Assembly: GCA_036496625.1 (NCBI GenBank)
Contig: DASXKW010000011.1
Span: 2,372 to 66,371, forward strand
Direction: 5' to 3'
Length of the DNA: 64,000 bases
Source: Solirubrobacterales bacterium
Lineage (GTDB): Bacteria > Actinomycetota > Thermoleophilia > Solirubrobacterales > 70-9
Made by a program: the position numbers and the translations under genes. The notes under the pieces are model-generated. The model had not been told where the DNA came from, did not search any database, and saw nothing but the letters and a program-made list of their open reading frames with translations. Below are positions 27,733 to 37,110 of the stretch, piece after piece (positions within the stretch are counted from its first letter, which is position 1; each line of letters begins with the position of its first letter).

Positions 27733-28262
27733 CCGGAAAGATCCTGCTCAACCCCGAATCTCAATCCGGTGTCCTTTGAGGACTCCTGCCCCGTCGCTCC
27801 CGCTCGTTGAAGTGCCTGGATTTGGGCGAGTTTCAGGCTCCTTTTCTGGCGCTGTCTTGTCCTCCTGACCTCCGGTTGATTGGGCACTGGTGCCCATTGG
27901 GGACCACGCCTCGTCGCCAGCAGCCCTCCCATCCGGGTCTTCGGCTGCATCCCGGTCACGTCGGTGTAGACGCGAAGAGTCATGCGCGGGTCGCGGTGCC
28001 CCATCTGCGCGGCGGTGATCGCAGGATGCTCCCCAAGCTCTGCGCGCAGGGCCGCGTAGGTTCGGCGGAGCGAGTGGAACGTGAGCCCTTCCGGCAGCGG
28101 CGGTCGATCCTCGGCGCCGAGCAGCTCGTTTGCCTTCGTGATCGCCGCGTAGAGGATTTTCGTGCGGACGCTGTTGCGCTCACGCGGCTTCTCGCGGATG
28201 CGACCGGCGAATACGAAGTCGTCCGGCAGCTCGCCAGCCGGATCGAAGGCCGAGATTAGGCA
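27720..28262 (-). pseudogene. Tyrosine recombinase (phage integrase) C-terminal fragment
   Basis: My translation of the minus strand gives ...LTFHSLRRTYAALRAELGEHPAITAAQMGHRDPRMTLRVYTDV (HxLRxT and GH...Y boxes). N-terminal two-thirds absent. The tail reads through the att-like block. Confidence 0.75.
27727..27820. repeat. att-like block B containing exact tRNA-Asp 3' 15-mer (27790-27804)
   Basis: CCCGTCGCTCCCGCT identical to 12675-12689; block homologous to 36865-36953. Confidence 0.8.
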
Positions 28263-28350
28263 GTGAGTACGCGCATTTGCGTTGCTACTCCCTCGCCCCG
28301 GTCTCGCCCTGGCCGATCGCTACGAGCTGGCTGCGGCTGGCCGCCGCGCG

Positions 28351-28755
28351 TCAGCGCAGTAGCTGCACCTTGCACGTCAGGCCGCGGACTTTGGCGGCCT
28401 CTCGGTCGCCGGTCAGGACCAGACTGACCTCTGGGTGGATCTCTGCCGTCGCCAAGATCATGGCGTCCGGCATTCGCAGCGATTTGCGACGAGCGCGGAG
28501 GTGGGCAGCCGTGTCCGCCACATCCATATCGACGGGTAGAACTTCTGAGATCAGGTCGCTGAAGAATCCCTTGACTTGGCGCCCGTCGTGGTGCCCAAGC
28601 TTTGCGCCGGTCAGAACCTCGGCATAGGTCACGACTGAGACGAGCAGTCGTTCTTTGCCAAGGAGATCGCGGATCGCCTTGTCTGCGGCATCGTGAAGGG
28701 CGTCGTTGCGGTCGAGAAAGCCGACGACCGCGTCGGAGTCGAGGACTACCGCCAC
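28351..28755 (-). CDS. vapC: PIN-domain toxin VapC
   Basis: VVLDSDAVVGFL... N-terminal Asp, conserved acidic residues, ~130 aa; overlaps vapB by 10 nt. Confidence 0.85.
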   Translation of the reverse strand: MAVVLDSDAVVGFLDRNDALHDAADKAIRDLLGKERLLVSVVTYAEVLTGAKLGHHDGRQVKGFFSDLISEVLPVDMDVADTAAHLRARRKSLRMPDAMILATAEIHPEVSLVLTGDREAAKVRGLTCKVQLLR

Positions 28756-28985
28756 TCCTCGCGCAGCCCTTCCACGCGCTCGCGCAGGTCGCCGCCAGTG
28801 TCGAGGCAGCCGGAGTAGCGATCGATCAGCTCGTCGATCCGCGTCAAGACGACCCGGCCCGCTCCCTCGGCTTCCACCCTCAACATGTCGCCAGGCTCGA
28901 ACCCCGCCTTGCGAAATGGGGACGCCGGTATCGTCACTTGGTGCTTGCTGGAGACCCGGGTCTGGTTCTTTACCTTCTCAGTCAT
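28746..28985 (-). CDS. vapB: AbrB/SpoVT-type antitoxin VapB
   Basis: VSSKHQVTIPASPFRKAGFEPGDMLRVE swapped-hairpin motif. Confidence 0.8.
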   Translation of the reverse strand: MTEKVKNQTRVSSKHQVTIPASPFRKAGFEPGDMLRVEAEGAGRVVLTRIDELIDRYSGCLDTGGDLRERVEGLREEWR

Positions 28986-29105
28986 AGGTAAAGACTAGCC
29001 GATGCCAACCGATGCCGCAACGAATCTCGACTCGCCGCGACGGCTTCGCGTCGAGCTGATGGACCGAGACGATCGCATGACGCCTGCCTGGCTCACGCCG
29101 ACCCC

Positions 29106-29681
29106 TTGACAGTGTCGCTCCTGCAGAACGCGATCGTCGGCTGCTGGATCGTCTTCCTCGGCTTCTGGGCGATCACCGCGCTGCGAACGAAGCGCACCGT
29201 GGAGACCCGTCCCATTGGCGCGCGGCTGAGCTACGCGCTGCCGACCCTCCTCGGCGCCTGGCTGCTGTTCAAGGGGACATCCGATCCCCATCCGCTGGGC
29301 AACCGGGTCCTCCCACACACCGCGGCGATCGCCGCGGTGGGACTTGCGATCGCGCTGGCGGGCCTGGCGCTGGCGATTTGGGCGAGGGTCACCCTGGGCG
29401 GCAACTGGAGCGGCCAGGTCACCTTCAAGGAGGGCCACGAGTTGATCCGCCACGGCCCCTACGCCCACGTCCGCCACCCGATCTACAGCGCGATCCTGTT
29501 GATGCTCCTGGGCAGCGCGATCGCGATCGGAACGCTGGGGGCGCTCCTCGGCCTGGCGCTCATCGGGGTGGGGATGTGGCTGAAGATGGGCCAGGAGGAG
29601 ACGCTGATGAGCGAGCACTTCCCAGCCGAGTACGCCGCCTACCGCTCGCAGGTGAAGGCGCTGGTCCCGCACCTGTTCTGA
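29106..29681 (+). CDS. Isoprenylcysteine carboxyl methyltransferase (ICMT)-family membrane methyltransferase
   Basis: Multi-TM; HELIRHGPYAHVRHPIYSA motif. Confidence 0.8.
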   Translation: MTVSLLQNAIVGCWIVFLGFWAITALRTKRTVETRPIGARLSYALPTLLGAWLLFKGTSDPHPLGNRVLPHTAAIAAVGLAIALAGLALAIWARVTLGGNWSGQVTFKEGHELIRHGPYAHVRHPIYSAILLMLLGSAIAIGTLGALLGLALIGVGMWLKMGQEETLMSEHFPAEYAAYRSQVKALVPHLF

Positions 29682-29725
29682 GCGGTCTCCGTCGATGAAT
29701 CTCGCGGCACGACGAGAGGATCGCA

Positions 29726-30481
29726 TCAGCCCTCGAGGACCGTCAGGTCGAGGCGACGCAGGCGTTCGGGGTCGGCCAGGATGTCGATTTCGGCGATCTT
29801 CCCGTTCCGGATCGTCAGGCCGGTGACCGAGAAGGGTCGCCCGTCGCGCATCGCGACGGCGCCCGCGGCGCCGTTGACCAGGGCCGGCCGCACATCCAAC
29901 GCCTCGAAGTCCCCCTTGCGCGCGGCCGCCAGGAAGGCGTCGAGAACCTCCTGCTGGGCCTGGAGGTCGGCGTCGGGGGCCGGCTCGGCGCCCGACACGC
30001 GGCGCCGCGCCCGGCTCGCGAGCTGCCGGGCAGCCTCCGGCGAGCGGTCGAGGATAGGCGCGATCCGATCGAAGGGCACGGAGAACATGTCGTGCAGGAC
30101 GAAGGCGAGCCGCTCGGCCGGCGTCAGTGTTTCGAGCACGACGAGCAGCGCCAGGCCGACCGAGTCGGCGAGCAGCGCCTCGTGCTCGGGGTCGGTGCCG
30201 TCGGCGCGGTCGACGATCGGGTCTGGCACGTGAGGGCTGAAGGGCTCCTCGCGGCGCGTGCGTCGCGAGCGCAGCATGTTCAGCGAGACCCGAGCCACCA
30301 CCGTCGTCAGCCAGCCGCTGAGGTTCTCGACCTCGCCGGTGTCGGCGCGGCTCAGCCGCAGCCACGCCTCCTGGACCGCGTCGTCGGCCTCGCTCAGTGA
30401 TCCGAGCATCCGGTAGGACACCGCCCGCAACCGGGGCCGGTTCTCCTCGAAGCGCTCCGCCAGCCAGCGCTGCTCGTCCAT
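29726..30481 (-). CDS. ECF sigma factor with C-terminal SnoaL-like extension (SigJ-like)
   Basis: Region 2 (DAVQEAWLRL) and region 4 (PAERLAFVLHDMFSVPFDRIAPIL) plus ~100-aa extension; Met at 30481. Confidence 0.85.
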   Translation of the reverse strand: MDEQRWLAERFEENRPRLRAVSYRMLGSLSEADDAVQEAWLRLSRADTGEVENLSGWLTTVVARVSLNMLRSRRTRREEPFSPHVPDPIVDRADGTDPEHEALLADSVGLALLVVLETLTPAERLAFVLHDMFSVPFDRIAPILDRSPEAARQLASRARRRVSGAEPAPDADLQAQQEVLDAFLAAARKGDFEALDVRPALVNGAAGAVAMRDGRPFSVTGLTIRNGKIAEIDILADPERLRRLDLTVLEG

Positions 30482-30652
30482 CGGCGCTCCTTCCTCGCTT
30501 GCCGTCACGCAACTATGACCGCGCGAGCGCTCCGATGTGACCGCTGCTCGCGGTTCGCCCCCGATTGTCACATTCCGCACCCCGCGTGTCATCCCGTTGA
30601 CCGATGAGTTCCGGTCGATCCCGGAGCCCCCACGCCAGAAAGGAAAGACGAC

Positions 30653-31294
30653 ATGGCACGCATTGCAGGAGTCTCATCAAGCGAGGGCGGACTGCGCCTA
30701 AAGCTCATCTACTCCTTCACGCGGCGCGGTCTCGCGAAGCTTGCCGGCCGCCAGCCGACGCGCCCCGAGCAGATGCTCGAGCCGCTCGAGATGTTTGCCC
30801 ACCTGCCGGGCCTGCTGAACGCCTACGGCAAGCTCGAGCAGGCGAACGCTAAGCTCGATCGCCTCCCCCAGCGCATCACTGACCTTGCACAGCTGAAGGC
30901 CGCGACGATGACCAGCTGCGAGTACTGCATCGACCTCGGCTCCCAGGTAGCGCGGCAGCGCTCGGGACTCGGCGACGCGGAGCTGCTGGCACTCCCGCGC
31001 TACCGCGACAGCGAGCTGTTCGGCGAGGTGGAGAAGCTGGTGCTCGACTACGCGGTGGGCATCAGCCGCACCCCCGTGCAGGTCTCCGATCGGCTCTTCG
31101 CGCAGCTACAGGAGCACTTCGACGAGGCCCAGCTCGTGCAGTTCACCTTCGTGGTCGCGCTCGAGAACTTCCGCGGGCGCTTCAACCTGGCGCTCGGCAT
31201 CGGCTCGGCGGGCTTCAGCGAGGGAATGGTCTGCGCGGTGCCCGAGGCGACGGTCGGACCGGCGGTCGCGGTAGCCGGAGGAGGCCGGGAGTGA
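30653..31294 (+). CDS. Carboxymuconolactone decarboxylase (AhpD-like) family protein
   Basis: MTSCEYCIDLG CxxC motif in CMD-like context. Confidence 0.8.
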   Translation: MARIAGVSSSEGGLRLKLIYSFTRRGLAKLAGRQPTRPEQMLEPLEMFAHLPGLLNAYGKLEQANAKLDRLPQRITDLAQLKAATMTSCEYCIDLGSQVARQRSGLGDAELLALPRYRDSELFGEVEKLVLDYAVGISRTPVQVSDRLFAQLQEHFDEAQLVQFTFVVALENFRGRFNLALGIGSAGFSEGMVCAVPEATVGPAVAVAGGGRE

Positions 31295-31413
31295 GGAGAG
31301 CGACGAGCAGGGCGAGGTGGCAGATGTTGCTCGGCCCGATCGGACACCGATGAGTTTCCGCGCCCTCCCCGGTCTAATTCACTGCAAGGCAATCCACGCA
31401 CAGGAGGACCGAG

Positions 31414-31812
31414 ATGAGCGAGAGCACTGCTGCCGCAACGGCGATCGGCCAGGTGGCGACGGTGATGGTGCCGGTCGCAGACCAGGACAAGGCGATCGAG
31501 TTCTACACCGAGAAGCTCGGCTTCGAGAAGCGCGCCGACATCCCCTTCGGCGACGGCAACCGCTGGGTGGAAATCGCGCCCTCCGGCGCGGCGACCACGA
31601 TCGCCCTGGTGCAGCCGATGGAGGACCAGGAGACCGGGGTCGAGTCGCGGGTCGCCCTCGACAGCGCCGACATCGACGCCGACCACGCCGCCCTGCGCGA
31701 GCGTGGCGTCGACGTCGACGCGGAGGTGACGCGCATGGGCGGCCCGGTGCCGCCGATGTTCTTCTTCCGCGACCAGGACGGCAACCGCCTGCTGATCGTC
31801 GAAACGAGCTGA
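31414..31812 (+). CDS. VOC/glyoxalase family protein
   Basis: VMVPVADQDKAIEFYTEKLGFEK... typical betaalphabetabetabeta module. Confidence 0.8.
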   Translation: MSESTAAATAIGQVATVMVPVADQDKAIEFYTEKLGFEKRADIPFGDGNRWVEIAPSGAATTIALVQPMEDQETGVESRVALDSADIDADHAALRERGVDVDAEVTRMGGPVPPMFFFRDQDGNRLLIVETS

Positions 31813-31817
31813 GGGCC

Positions 31818-32966
31818 ATGGTGGGGCTTGCCCCGTCTACCCTGATCGGGGTGAGCCCCGCCAGCACAGGCCCCGGCCCCGGCGAGCCGCAGCTGCTCGA
31901 GGCCGCGCGCGGCGGCGATGAGGGCGCCTTCGGCCGCCTGCTCGAGCCCCACCGCGCCGAGCTGCACGCCCACTGCTACCGGATGCTCGGCTCCGTCCAC
32001 GACGCCGAGGACGCCCTGCAGGAGGCGCTGCTGCGCGCCTGGCGCGGGCTGGAGCGCTTCGAGGGCCGCAGCTCGCTGCGCTCCTGGCTCTACAAGATCG
32101 CCACCAATGCCGCCCTCGACGCGGTCGCGCGGCGGCCCAAGCGGGTCCTGCCGATCGACTTCCCGGCGGCCGACCCCGCCGCCGGCCCCGGAGAGCCGCT
32201 GCTGGAGTCGGTCTGGATCGAGCCCTATCCCGACGAGGCGATCGGGATCGAGGACGGGTTCGCCTCCCCGGAGGCCCGCTACGAAATGCGTGAGAGCGTT
32301 GAGCTTGCCTTCGTCGCGGCGCTCCAGCACCTGCCGGCCAACCAGCGCGCCGCTCTGATCCTGCGCGAGGTGCTCGGCTTCTCCGCGAAAGAGACCGCGG
32401 AGACCCTGGAGACCAACGTCGCCTCGGTCAACAGCGCCCTGCAGCGCGCCCGCGCCACGGTCGAGCAGCGCCTGCCGGAGCGCAGCCAGCAGGCGACCCT
32501 GCGCGAGCTCGGCGACCAGGAGGTCGGGGCATTGGTCGAGCGCTACCTGCAAGCCTGGGAGCGCAACGACGTCGAGTCGGTCGTCTCAATGCTGAGCGCG
32601 GACGCCGCCTTCGCGATGCCGCCGCTGCGCGACTGGTTCGGCGGCAGCGAGGCGATCCGCGCCTTCCTCGCCGGCTGGCCGCTCTCGGGCCAGTGGCGCT
32701 GGCGCGCCCTGCGCACCCGCGCCAGCGGCCAGGAGGCGCTCGCCTTCTACAGCTTCGACCCCGAGGCCGGCAGCTACCAGCGCTTCGCGCTCAACGTGCT
32801 CAGCTTTCGCGGCCACGAGATCGCCGAGGTCGACGCCTTCCTCACCCGCACCACCGAGGATCCCGACCGCGAGGTCCTCGCCCGGCTGCCCGAGCAGGCC
32901 TTCGACCCACGCCGGCTCGAGCTGGCCTTCGAGCGCCTCGGCTTGCCGGAGGAGCTGCCGGCCTGA
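31818..32966 (+). CDS. ECF sigma factor with long C-terminal extension (SigG-like)
   Basis: FGRLLEPHRAELHAHCYRMLGSVHDAEDALQEALLRAW, region 4 LPANQRAALILREVLGFSAKETAETL, then ~170 aa NTF2-like tail; ATG 31818. Confidence 0.85.
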   Translation: MVGLAPSTLIGVSPASTGPGPGEPQLLEAARGGDEGAFGRLLEPHRAELHAHCYRMLGSVHDAEDALQEALLRAWRGLERFEGRSSLRSWLYKIATNAALDAVARRPKRVLPIDFPAADPAAGPGEPLLESVWIEPYPDEAIGIEDGFASPEARYEMRESVELAFVAALQHLPANQRAALILREVLGFSAKETAETLETNVASVNSALQRARATVEQRLPERSQQATLRELGDQEVGALVERYLQAWERNDVESVVSMLSADAAFAMPPLRDWFGGSEAIRAFLAGWPLSGQWRWRALRTRASGQEALAFYSFDPEAGSYQRFALNVLSFRGHEIAEVDAFLTRTTEDPDREVLARLPEQAFDPRRLELAFERLGLPEELPA

Positions 32967-33041
32967 GGCGGTCCTCCGGAATCGCCGGCACCTGGTCGAT
33001 CGAAAGCACCCGCTGATTCGTCCATTGCGATAATCGGCCGA

Positions 33042-33539
33042 ATGAGCCGCCGAGACGCGCTTCCGTCATGGTCCGGCATCGGGGAGGGCGAGCAGCTCTG
33101 GTTCCTGGGTACGCTGGCGACGATCAGGATTCCGGGCGAGGCGGTGGCGGGGCGCCTCGCCCTGATCGAGTTTCTCTTCCCCAGCGGTGCTTCGCCGCCC
33201 CTCCACACCCATCCCCAGGACGAGAGCTACGTCGTGTTGGACGGACAGCTGACCATCCAAGCCGCGGAAGAGCGTTTCGAGCTTGCTTCCGGTGGTGCGT
33301 CCGTAGTGCCGATGGGCATCGCGCACACCTTCCGGGTGGACAGCGATACGGCTCGGGTGTTGGTGCTCAGCACACCGGCCGGCCTCGAGCGCATGGTCCG
33401 CGATGGCTCGGTACCGGCGGAGGCCCCAACGCTGCCTCCCGCCGAGGCATGGAGGCCCAGCCCCGAGGAGCTGGAGGAGATATTCCGCAGGCATGGCCAG
33501 GTCAACCTTGGCCCACCCATGGCTCCAGCCGTGGGTTGA
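33042..33539 (+). CDS. Cupin domain protein
   Basis: GASPPLHTHPQDESYVVLDGQL cupin motif 1. Confidence 0.75.
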   Translation: MSRRDALPSWSGIGEGEQLWFLGTLATIRIPGEAVAGRLALIEFLFPSGASPPLHTHPQDESYVVLDGQLTIQAAEERFELASGGASVVPMGIAHTFRVDSDTARVLVLSTPAGLERMVRDGSVPAEAPTLPPAEAWRPSPEELEEIFRRHGQVNLGPPMAPAVG

Positions 33540-33543
33540 GTCG

Positions 33544-34689
33544 TCAGGCTGCTTTGGCGAGCCGCCTTGCATCGGAGCGAATCTGGTGCAGGGGACCGGA
33601 GACGTTCGACCGGTAGCCGACGAAATGAAGTCCTGGAGCCCCGGGTAGCTCTCCGTCAGCGTGAATGCGCGGCCGGCCCTCGGCATCGAGCACGCCGAGG
33701 TGGCCGATCAACTCCTCGAGTCCCCGCCGGTAGCCGGTTGCGGCGAGCACGATCTCGGGCTCGATCATCCCACCGCCACCGAGGCGGACTCTTGCACCGT
33801 CGAAGCCTTCGACCGCGGGGATCACCTCGATCGCCCCTTCCTTCACCGCGCGGACGAAGCCACAATCGATCGCCGGCCCGATACCGCGCCTGAGCACATT
33901 GGTCTTGATCCCGGCAGGCGCCGGCTGCAGCCCGTATGGCGTCAGATCGCCGAAGGCCCGTCGCTGGCCAGCCCGTCCCATCCGATCCGCAAGTGGCGTC
34001 GGCAGGGCATTGAGGATCAGCGAGAACGCGTGCATCGGGAAGCCGTACCAGTAACGGGCGAGCAGGTTGGGTGGTGTCCGCACGGCGACCCGCACCCGCT
34101 TCGCACCGCCCGCACGGATCTCGGCAGCAAGCTCGACCCCCGTGGTGTTCGCGCCCACGACGAGGACGTCCTTGCCGCGGAACGGCTCCGCAGTCCGGTA
34201 CTCGGCGGCGTGGATCAGGCTCCCGGGAAAGGATTCGCGTCCTGGCCAGCTCGGAACGAACGGAACCTTGTCCAGACCAGTCGCGACGACCACCCGCCCG
34301 GCGCGCAGGTTGCCCTCGGACGTCTCGATCTGCCAGCCCTCAGACTCGCGATCGAGCCTCCGCGCCGTCGTCTCGAAGCGAATCGTGAGTTCGTGGTGGA
34401 AGGCGTACCGTTGGAGGTAGGCGACCCATTCGTCTCGCGAGGGATAGCGCCGCCAGTCCCAGCCACCCCGGAGGCCGGGCAGACTTGAGAGCCAGCCCAG
34501 CGAGTTGAGATGCAGGCTCTGGTACCTGCTGCGCCACGACCACGCCGGGGCCGACCCGCGCTCGAGGACGAGCACGGTGAGGCCGCGCTTTCTCAGCATC
34601 GCCGCCGACCCCAGGCCGGCCGGGCCCGCGCCGATCACGACCGCGTCCCAGGCGGCCTCCGACGATAGACCCGCGGCCTCAGACCTCAT
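33544..34689 (-). CDS. NAD(P)/FAD-dependent oxidoreductase (flavin monooxygenase-like)
   Basis: VVIGAGPAGLG and second VVGANTTGVELA nucleotide-binding motifs; ATG 34689 overlaps the upstream gene end. Confidence 0.8.
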   Translation of the reverse strand: MRSEAAGLSSEAAWDAVVIGAGPAGLGSAAMLRKRGLTVLVLERGSAPAWSWRSRYQSLHLNSLGWLSSLPGLRGGWDWRRYPSRDEWVAYLQRYAFHHELTIRFETTARRLDRESEGWQIETSEGNLRAGRVVVATGLDKVPFVPSWPGRESFPGSLIHAAEYRTAEPFRGKDVLVVGANTTGVELAAEIRAGGAKRVRVAVRTPPNLLARYWYGFPMHAFSLILNALPTPLADRMGRAGQRRAFGDLTPYGLQPAPAGIKTNVLRRGIGPAIDCGFVRAVKEGAIEVIPAVEGFDGARVRLGGGGMIEPEIVLAATGYRRGLEELIGHLGVLDAEGRPRIHADGELPGAPGLHFVGYRSNVSGPLHQIRSDARRLAKAA

Positions 34690-36142
34690 CGCCGGCCTGA
34701 GGGTAGAAGGCGCCGTGGATGCCATGAGGGACCACATGTGGCGCGTAGCAGCGCCCGAGCTGCTCCATGGAGGCCGCATCGAGCACGAGGAGGAACGAGC
34801 GCTCGGCCGCCGCGTCCAGCACGACGCTGAGCACGACGCCGGCATCTTCCTTGCCAGCCGCGGGATCCGGGACGAAGACCGGCTCCCCCGGATAGCAGCC
34901 GTCCTCGCTCCAGGTGACGGACTCACCGGTCTCGTTGTCCAGCTTCGCCAGCTGGTCGGCAGAGTCGAACTCGGCCTCCGGGGTTGCGGAGATCCCGTAT
35001 ACGAACCGGTAGCGGTCGAGGTAGCGCTCCTCGTTGATCCGCGGCAGCTCGATCTGCTGCTCACTCCGCAGTTCGCTCTCGATCCCCCCGGTACCGAGGT
35101 CGATGCTCACCCTTCGCAGCCGCGCGGGGTCACGATCCCGACCCACGGTGCGCTCTGCCGAGCGGAGCCTGTCCAGGTAGAGGGCATCGATGATCCCCGG
35201 CGTCCCGTGATCCACGTACTCCATGACCAGGCGACCACCCTCCTCCCAGGCCCCGACGTGGTGGAACGCGAACCCCGGCTCGGTTTCGTACGTTCCGATC
35301 TGCTCTCGGGTGTGGCGATCCCAGACGAGAATCCGGGTGCCTCGCTCGGGCTTCCAGCGGAAGTTCTCGATGAAGGGCTTGCCTTTCAGCGGGATCTCGA
35401 TCGGGTTGACGACGAAGGGGAACTCCGTCAGGGCGATGTATCGCGCGCTCATCGCAAATGAATGGACATAGCCCGGTTCCCGGACCCCGGCCGAGAACAG
35501 GGCGCTCGCCCTGCGCCCCGGCTCCTGGAGATAGAAGCGGTAGCTGCTCTTCGGCCCGAAGCGGATCGCGACGTTGACCAACGCGCCGCTGCCCGGATCG
35601 CGGTGAGGGTGCGCCGTGGCGAGCGTGCCGGGGGCCTTGGGGCCGTATCCGAGCGTCTCCAGGGTGTGAGGGTCGAACTCGACCGAGAGCGGCGCCTCGG
35701 TCATCGCGTAATGACGCCCGCCGAGCGTGCTCACGGAGACGGCCGCGTTGTCGGTGATCCCCGGGTCGAAGACGGTCATGATCCGCTTGAAGATCGAGCG
35801 GCATGGATCCGAGGCGAACTCGCTGTAGCCGAGGCGCCCCTCCTCCCGGATCGCCCGGTAGGCCTTGGTCCGGAGAAAGCGGTTGCTGTAGCTCACCCCG
35901 CCGGCGGCGAGCGTGAAGCGGTGCAGCATCGCCTGACCGTCGAACCAGTGCCGGACGCTCTGGCCCGAGTAGTCGAAGAGGCCGGGTCCGTTCCGCAGCA
36001 GGCTGCCCCGGAGCCAGGTCGGAACCGTCCCGTCGACCGGGAGATCGTCGACGACCACCTCCTCCTCGAGCGACCGGTAGCCGATCTCAGGACCCCGGGC
36101 CGAGTTCTTCGCGACCGAATCGCCGACCGCTGCATGCTCCAT
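34679..36142 (-). CDS. Carotenoid/stilbene cleavage oxygenase (RPE65/CCO family)
   Basis: Length and conserved His-containing blocks (TAHPHRDP, HSFAMS, FHHVGAWEE, PHGIHG). Confidence 0.85.
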   Translation of the reverse strand: MEHAAVGDSVAKNSARGPEIGYRSLEEEVVVDDLPVDGTVPTWLRGSLLRNGPGLFDYSGQSVRHWFDGQAMLHRFTLAAGGVSYSNRFLRTKAYRAIREEGRLGYSEFASDPCRSIFKRIMTVFDPGITDNAAVSVSTLGGRHYAMTEAPLSVEFDPHTLETLGYGPKAPGTLATAHPHRDPGSGALVNVAIRFGPKSSYRFYLQEPGRRASALFSAGVREPGYVHSFAMSARYIALTEFPFVVNPIEIPLKGKPFIENFRWKPERGTRILVWDRHTREQIGTYETEPGFAFHHVGAWEEGGRLVMEYVDHGTPGIIDALYLDRLRSAERTVGRDRDPARLRRVSIDLGTGGIESELRSEQQIELPRINEERYLDRYRFVYGISATPEAEFDSADQLAKLDNETGESVTWSEDGCYPGEPVFVPDPAAGKEDAGVVLSVVLDAAAERSFLLVLDAASMEQLGRCYAPHVVPHGIHGAFYPQAGDEV

Positions 36143-36227
36143 GCGTTCCTCCTTCTTCGACAGTTGTAATGCAACCATCTAAAAGCTACCGTAATTGTGC
36201 GACCTTTGCAACGATATGCTTCCTCGC

Positions 36228-36737
36228 ATGGAGTTGACGGAGGTTTCCTACATCGTCCTGGCCCTGATCGAGGAAGCGGGCGAGGTGACGCCCTACGACC
36301 TGAAGAAGATGACCGGATCGTTCTCCGGCCTCTGGGCCCTGCGACACGATCAGGTCTACCGCGAGCCCGAGCGGCTCGCCGCCGCCGGCCTGCTGAGCGA
36401 GCGGCGCGAGGATGGGGGGCGGCGGCGGCGGCGCTTCCGACTGACGAAGGCGGGGCGCGAGGCGCTCAGGGAATGGAGGCGCACGCCCACCTCCGAGTTC
36501 ACCGAGCTGCGCGATCCAGGGCTGCTGCGCCTGCTCTTCGGGGCTGAGCCCGAGCCGCTGGCAGAGGTGCAGCTCGTGGCCCACCAGGAAAGACTCGCCG
36601 AGTACGAGGGCTACGCCGAGCAGCTCAACGTGGACACGCCGATGGCCGTCCGGCGGGCCCTCAACGCCGGCATCGGGCATGAGCGCGAGTACGTCCGCTT
36701 CTGGCGCTCGGTGCTCAACGGGGAAGATGGGTCATAA
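36228..36737 (+). CDS. PadR-family transcriptional regulator
   Basis: SYIVLALIEEAGEVTPYDLKKM... wHTH and C-terminal helical domain; divergent from the oxygenase gene. Confidence 0.8.
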   Translation: MELTEVSYIVLALIEEAGEVTPYDLKKMTGSFSGLWALRHDQVYREPERLAAAGLLSERREDGGRRRRRFRLTKAGREALREWRRTPTSEFTELRDPGLLRLLFGAEPEPLAEVQLVAHQERLAEYEGYAEQLNVDTPMAVRRALNAGIGHEREYVRFWRSVLNGEDGS

Positions 36738-36864
36738 GCGGAAGGCGAAGCTGCTGCCGCTCTGATCTGACCGTTGCGCCTTCGTGCAGGTCGCGCACTC
36801 CCACAACGTCCCTGCGCCGAGGCGCTCGACGACGGCGATCACTCGCTCGAACTCGCCTCGCAGA

Positions 36865-36953
36865 GCGTAGTCGGAAGTCGCGCTCAGCCTCGAATTTCAA
36901 TCCGGTGTCCTTGACGGACTCCTGCCCCGTCGCTCCCGCTCCTTGAAGTGCCT
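36865..36953. repeat. att-like block C containing exact tRNA-Asp 3' 15-mer (36926-36940)
   Basis: Identical 15-mer; flanks homologous to block B on both sides; preceded by a fragment homologous to the 3' end of the 27080-27517 antitoxin gene. Confidence 0.8.
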
Positions 36954-37110
36954 GCATCAAATCCCGGCGACGCCGACGTCCCGCTCACCGGCTCGAAGTT
37001 CAAACCAGGCTGGCGAGGAGCCGGTAGCCGACCGTCTCCGAGATGATCGGAGGCGGTCGGCCTGTGCTCCGTACCGCCTGCCGGCGCTGAGAGCAAAATG
37101 ACGAAGGGTC

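Larger units (their letters stand above)
27805..36940. mobile_element. Putative older, decayed integrated segment between att-like blocks B and C
   Basis: Flanked by exact 15-mers; begins with a truncated integrase; content is otherwise metabolic and regulatory, so the mobile origin is inferred only from the boundaries. Confidence 0.35.

Noticed and set aside
27727-27804. att blocks B and C as functional tRNA or tRNA-like genes. They start GCGTAG(C/T)CGG like a tRNA 5' end and finish with the tRNA-Asp 3' end
   Set aside because: I could not fold a cloverleaf. There is no D-arm pairing, the putative anticodon hairpin has a 6-nt loop or mismatches, and the T-arm equivalent has a 3-nt loop. The blocks are better explained as an integrase 3' tail plus att core.
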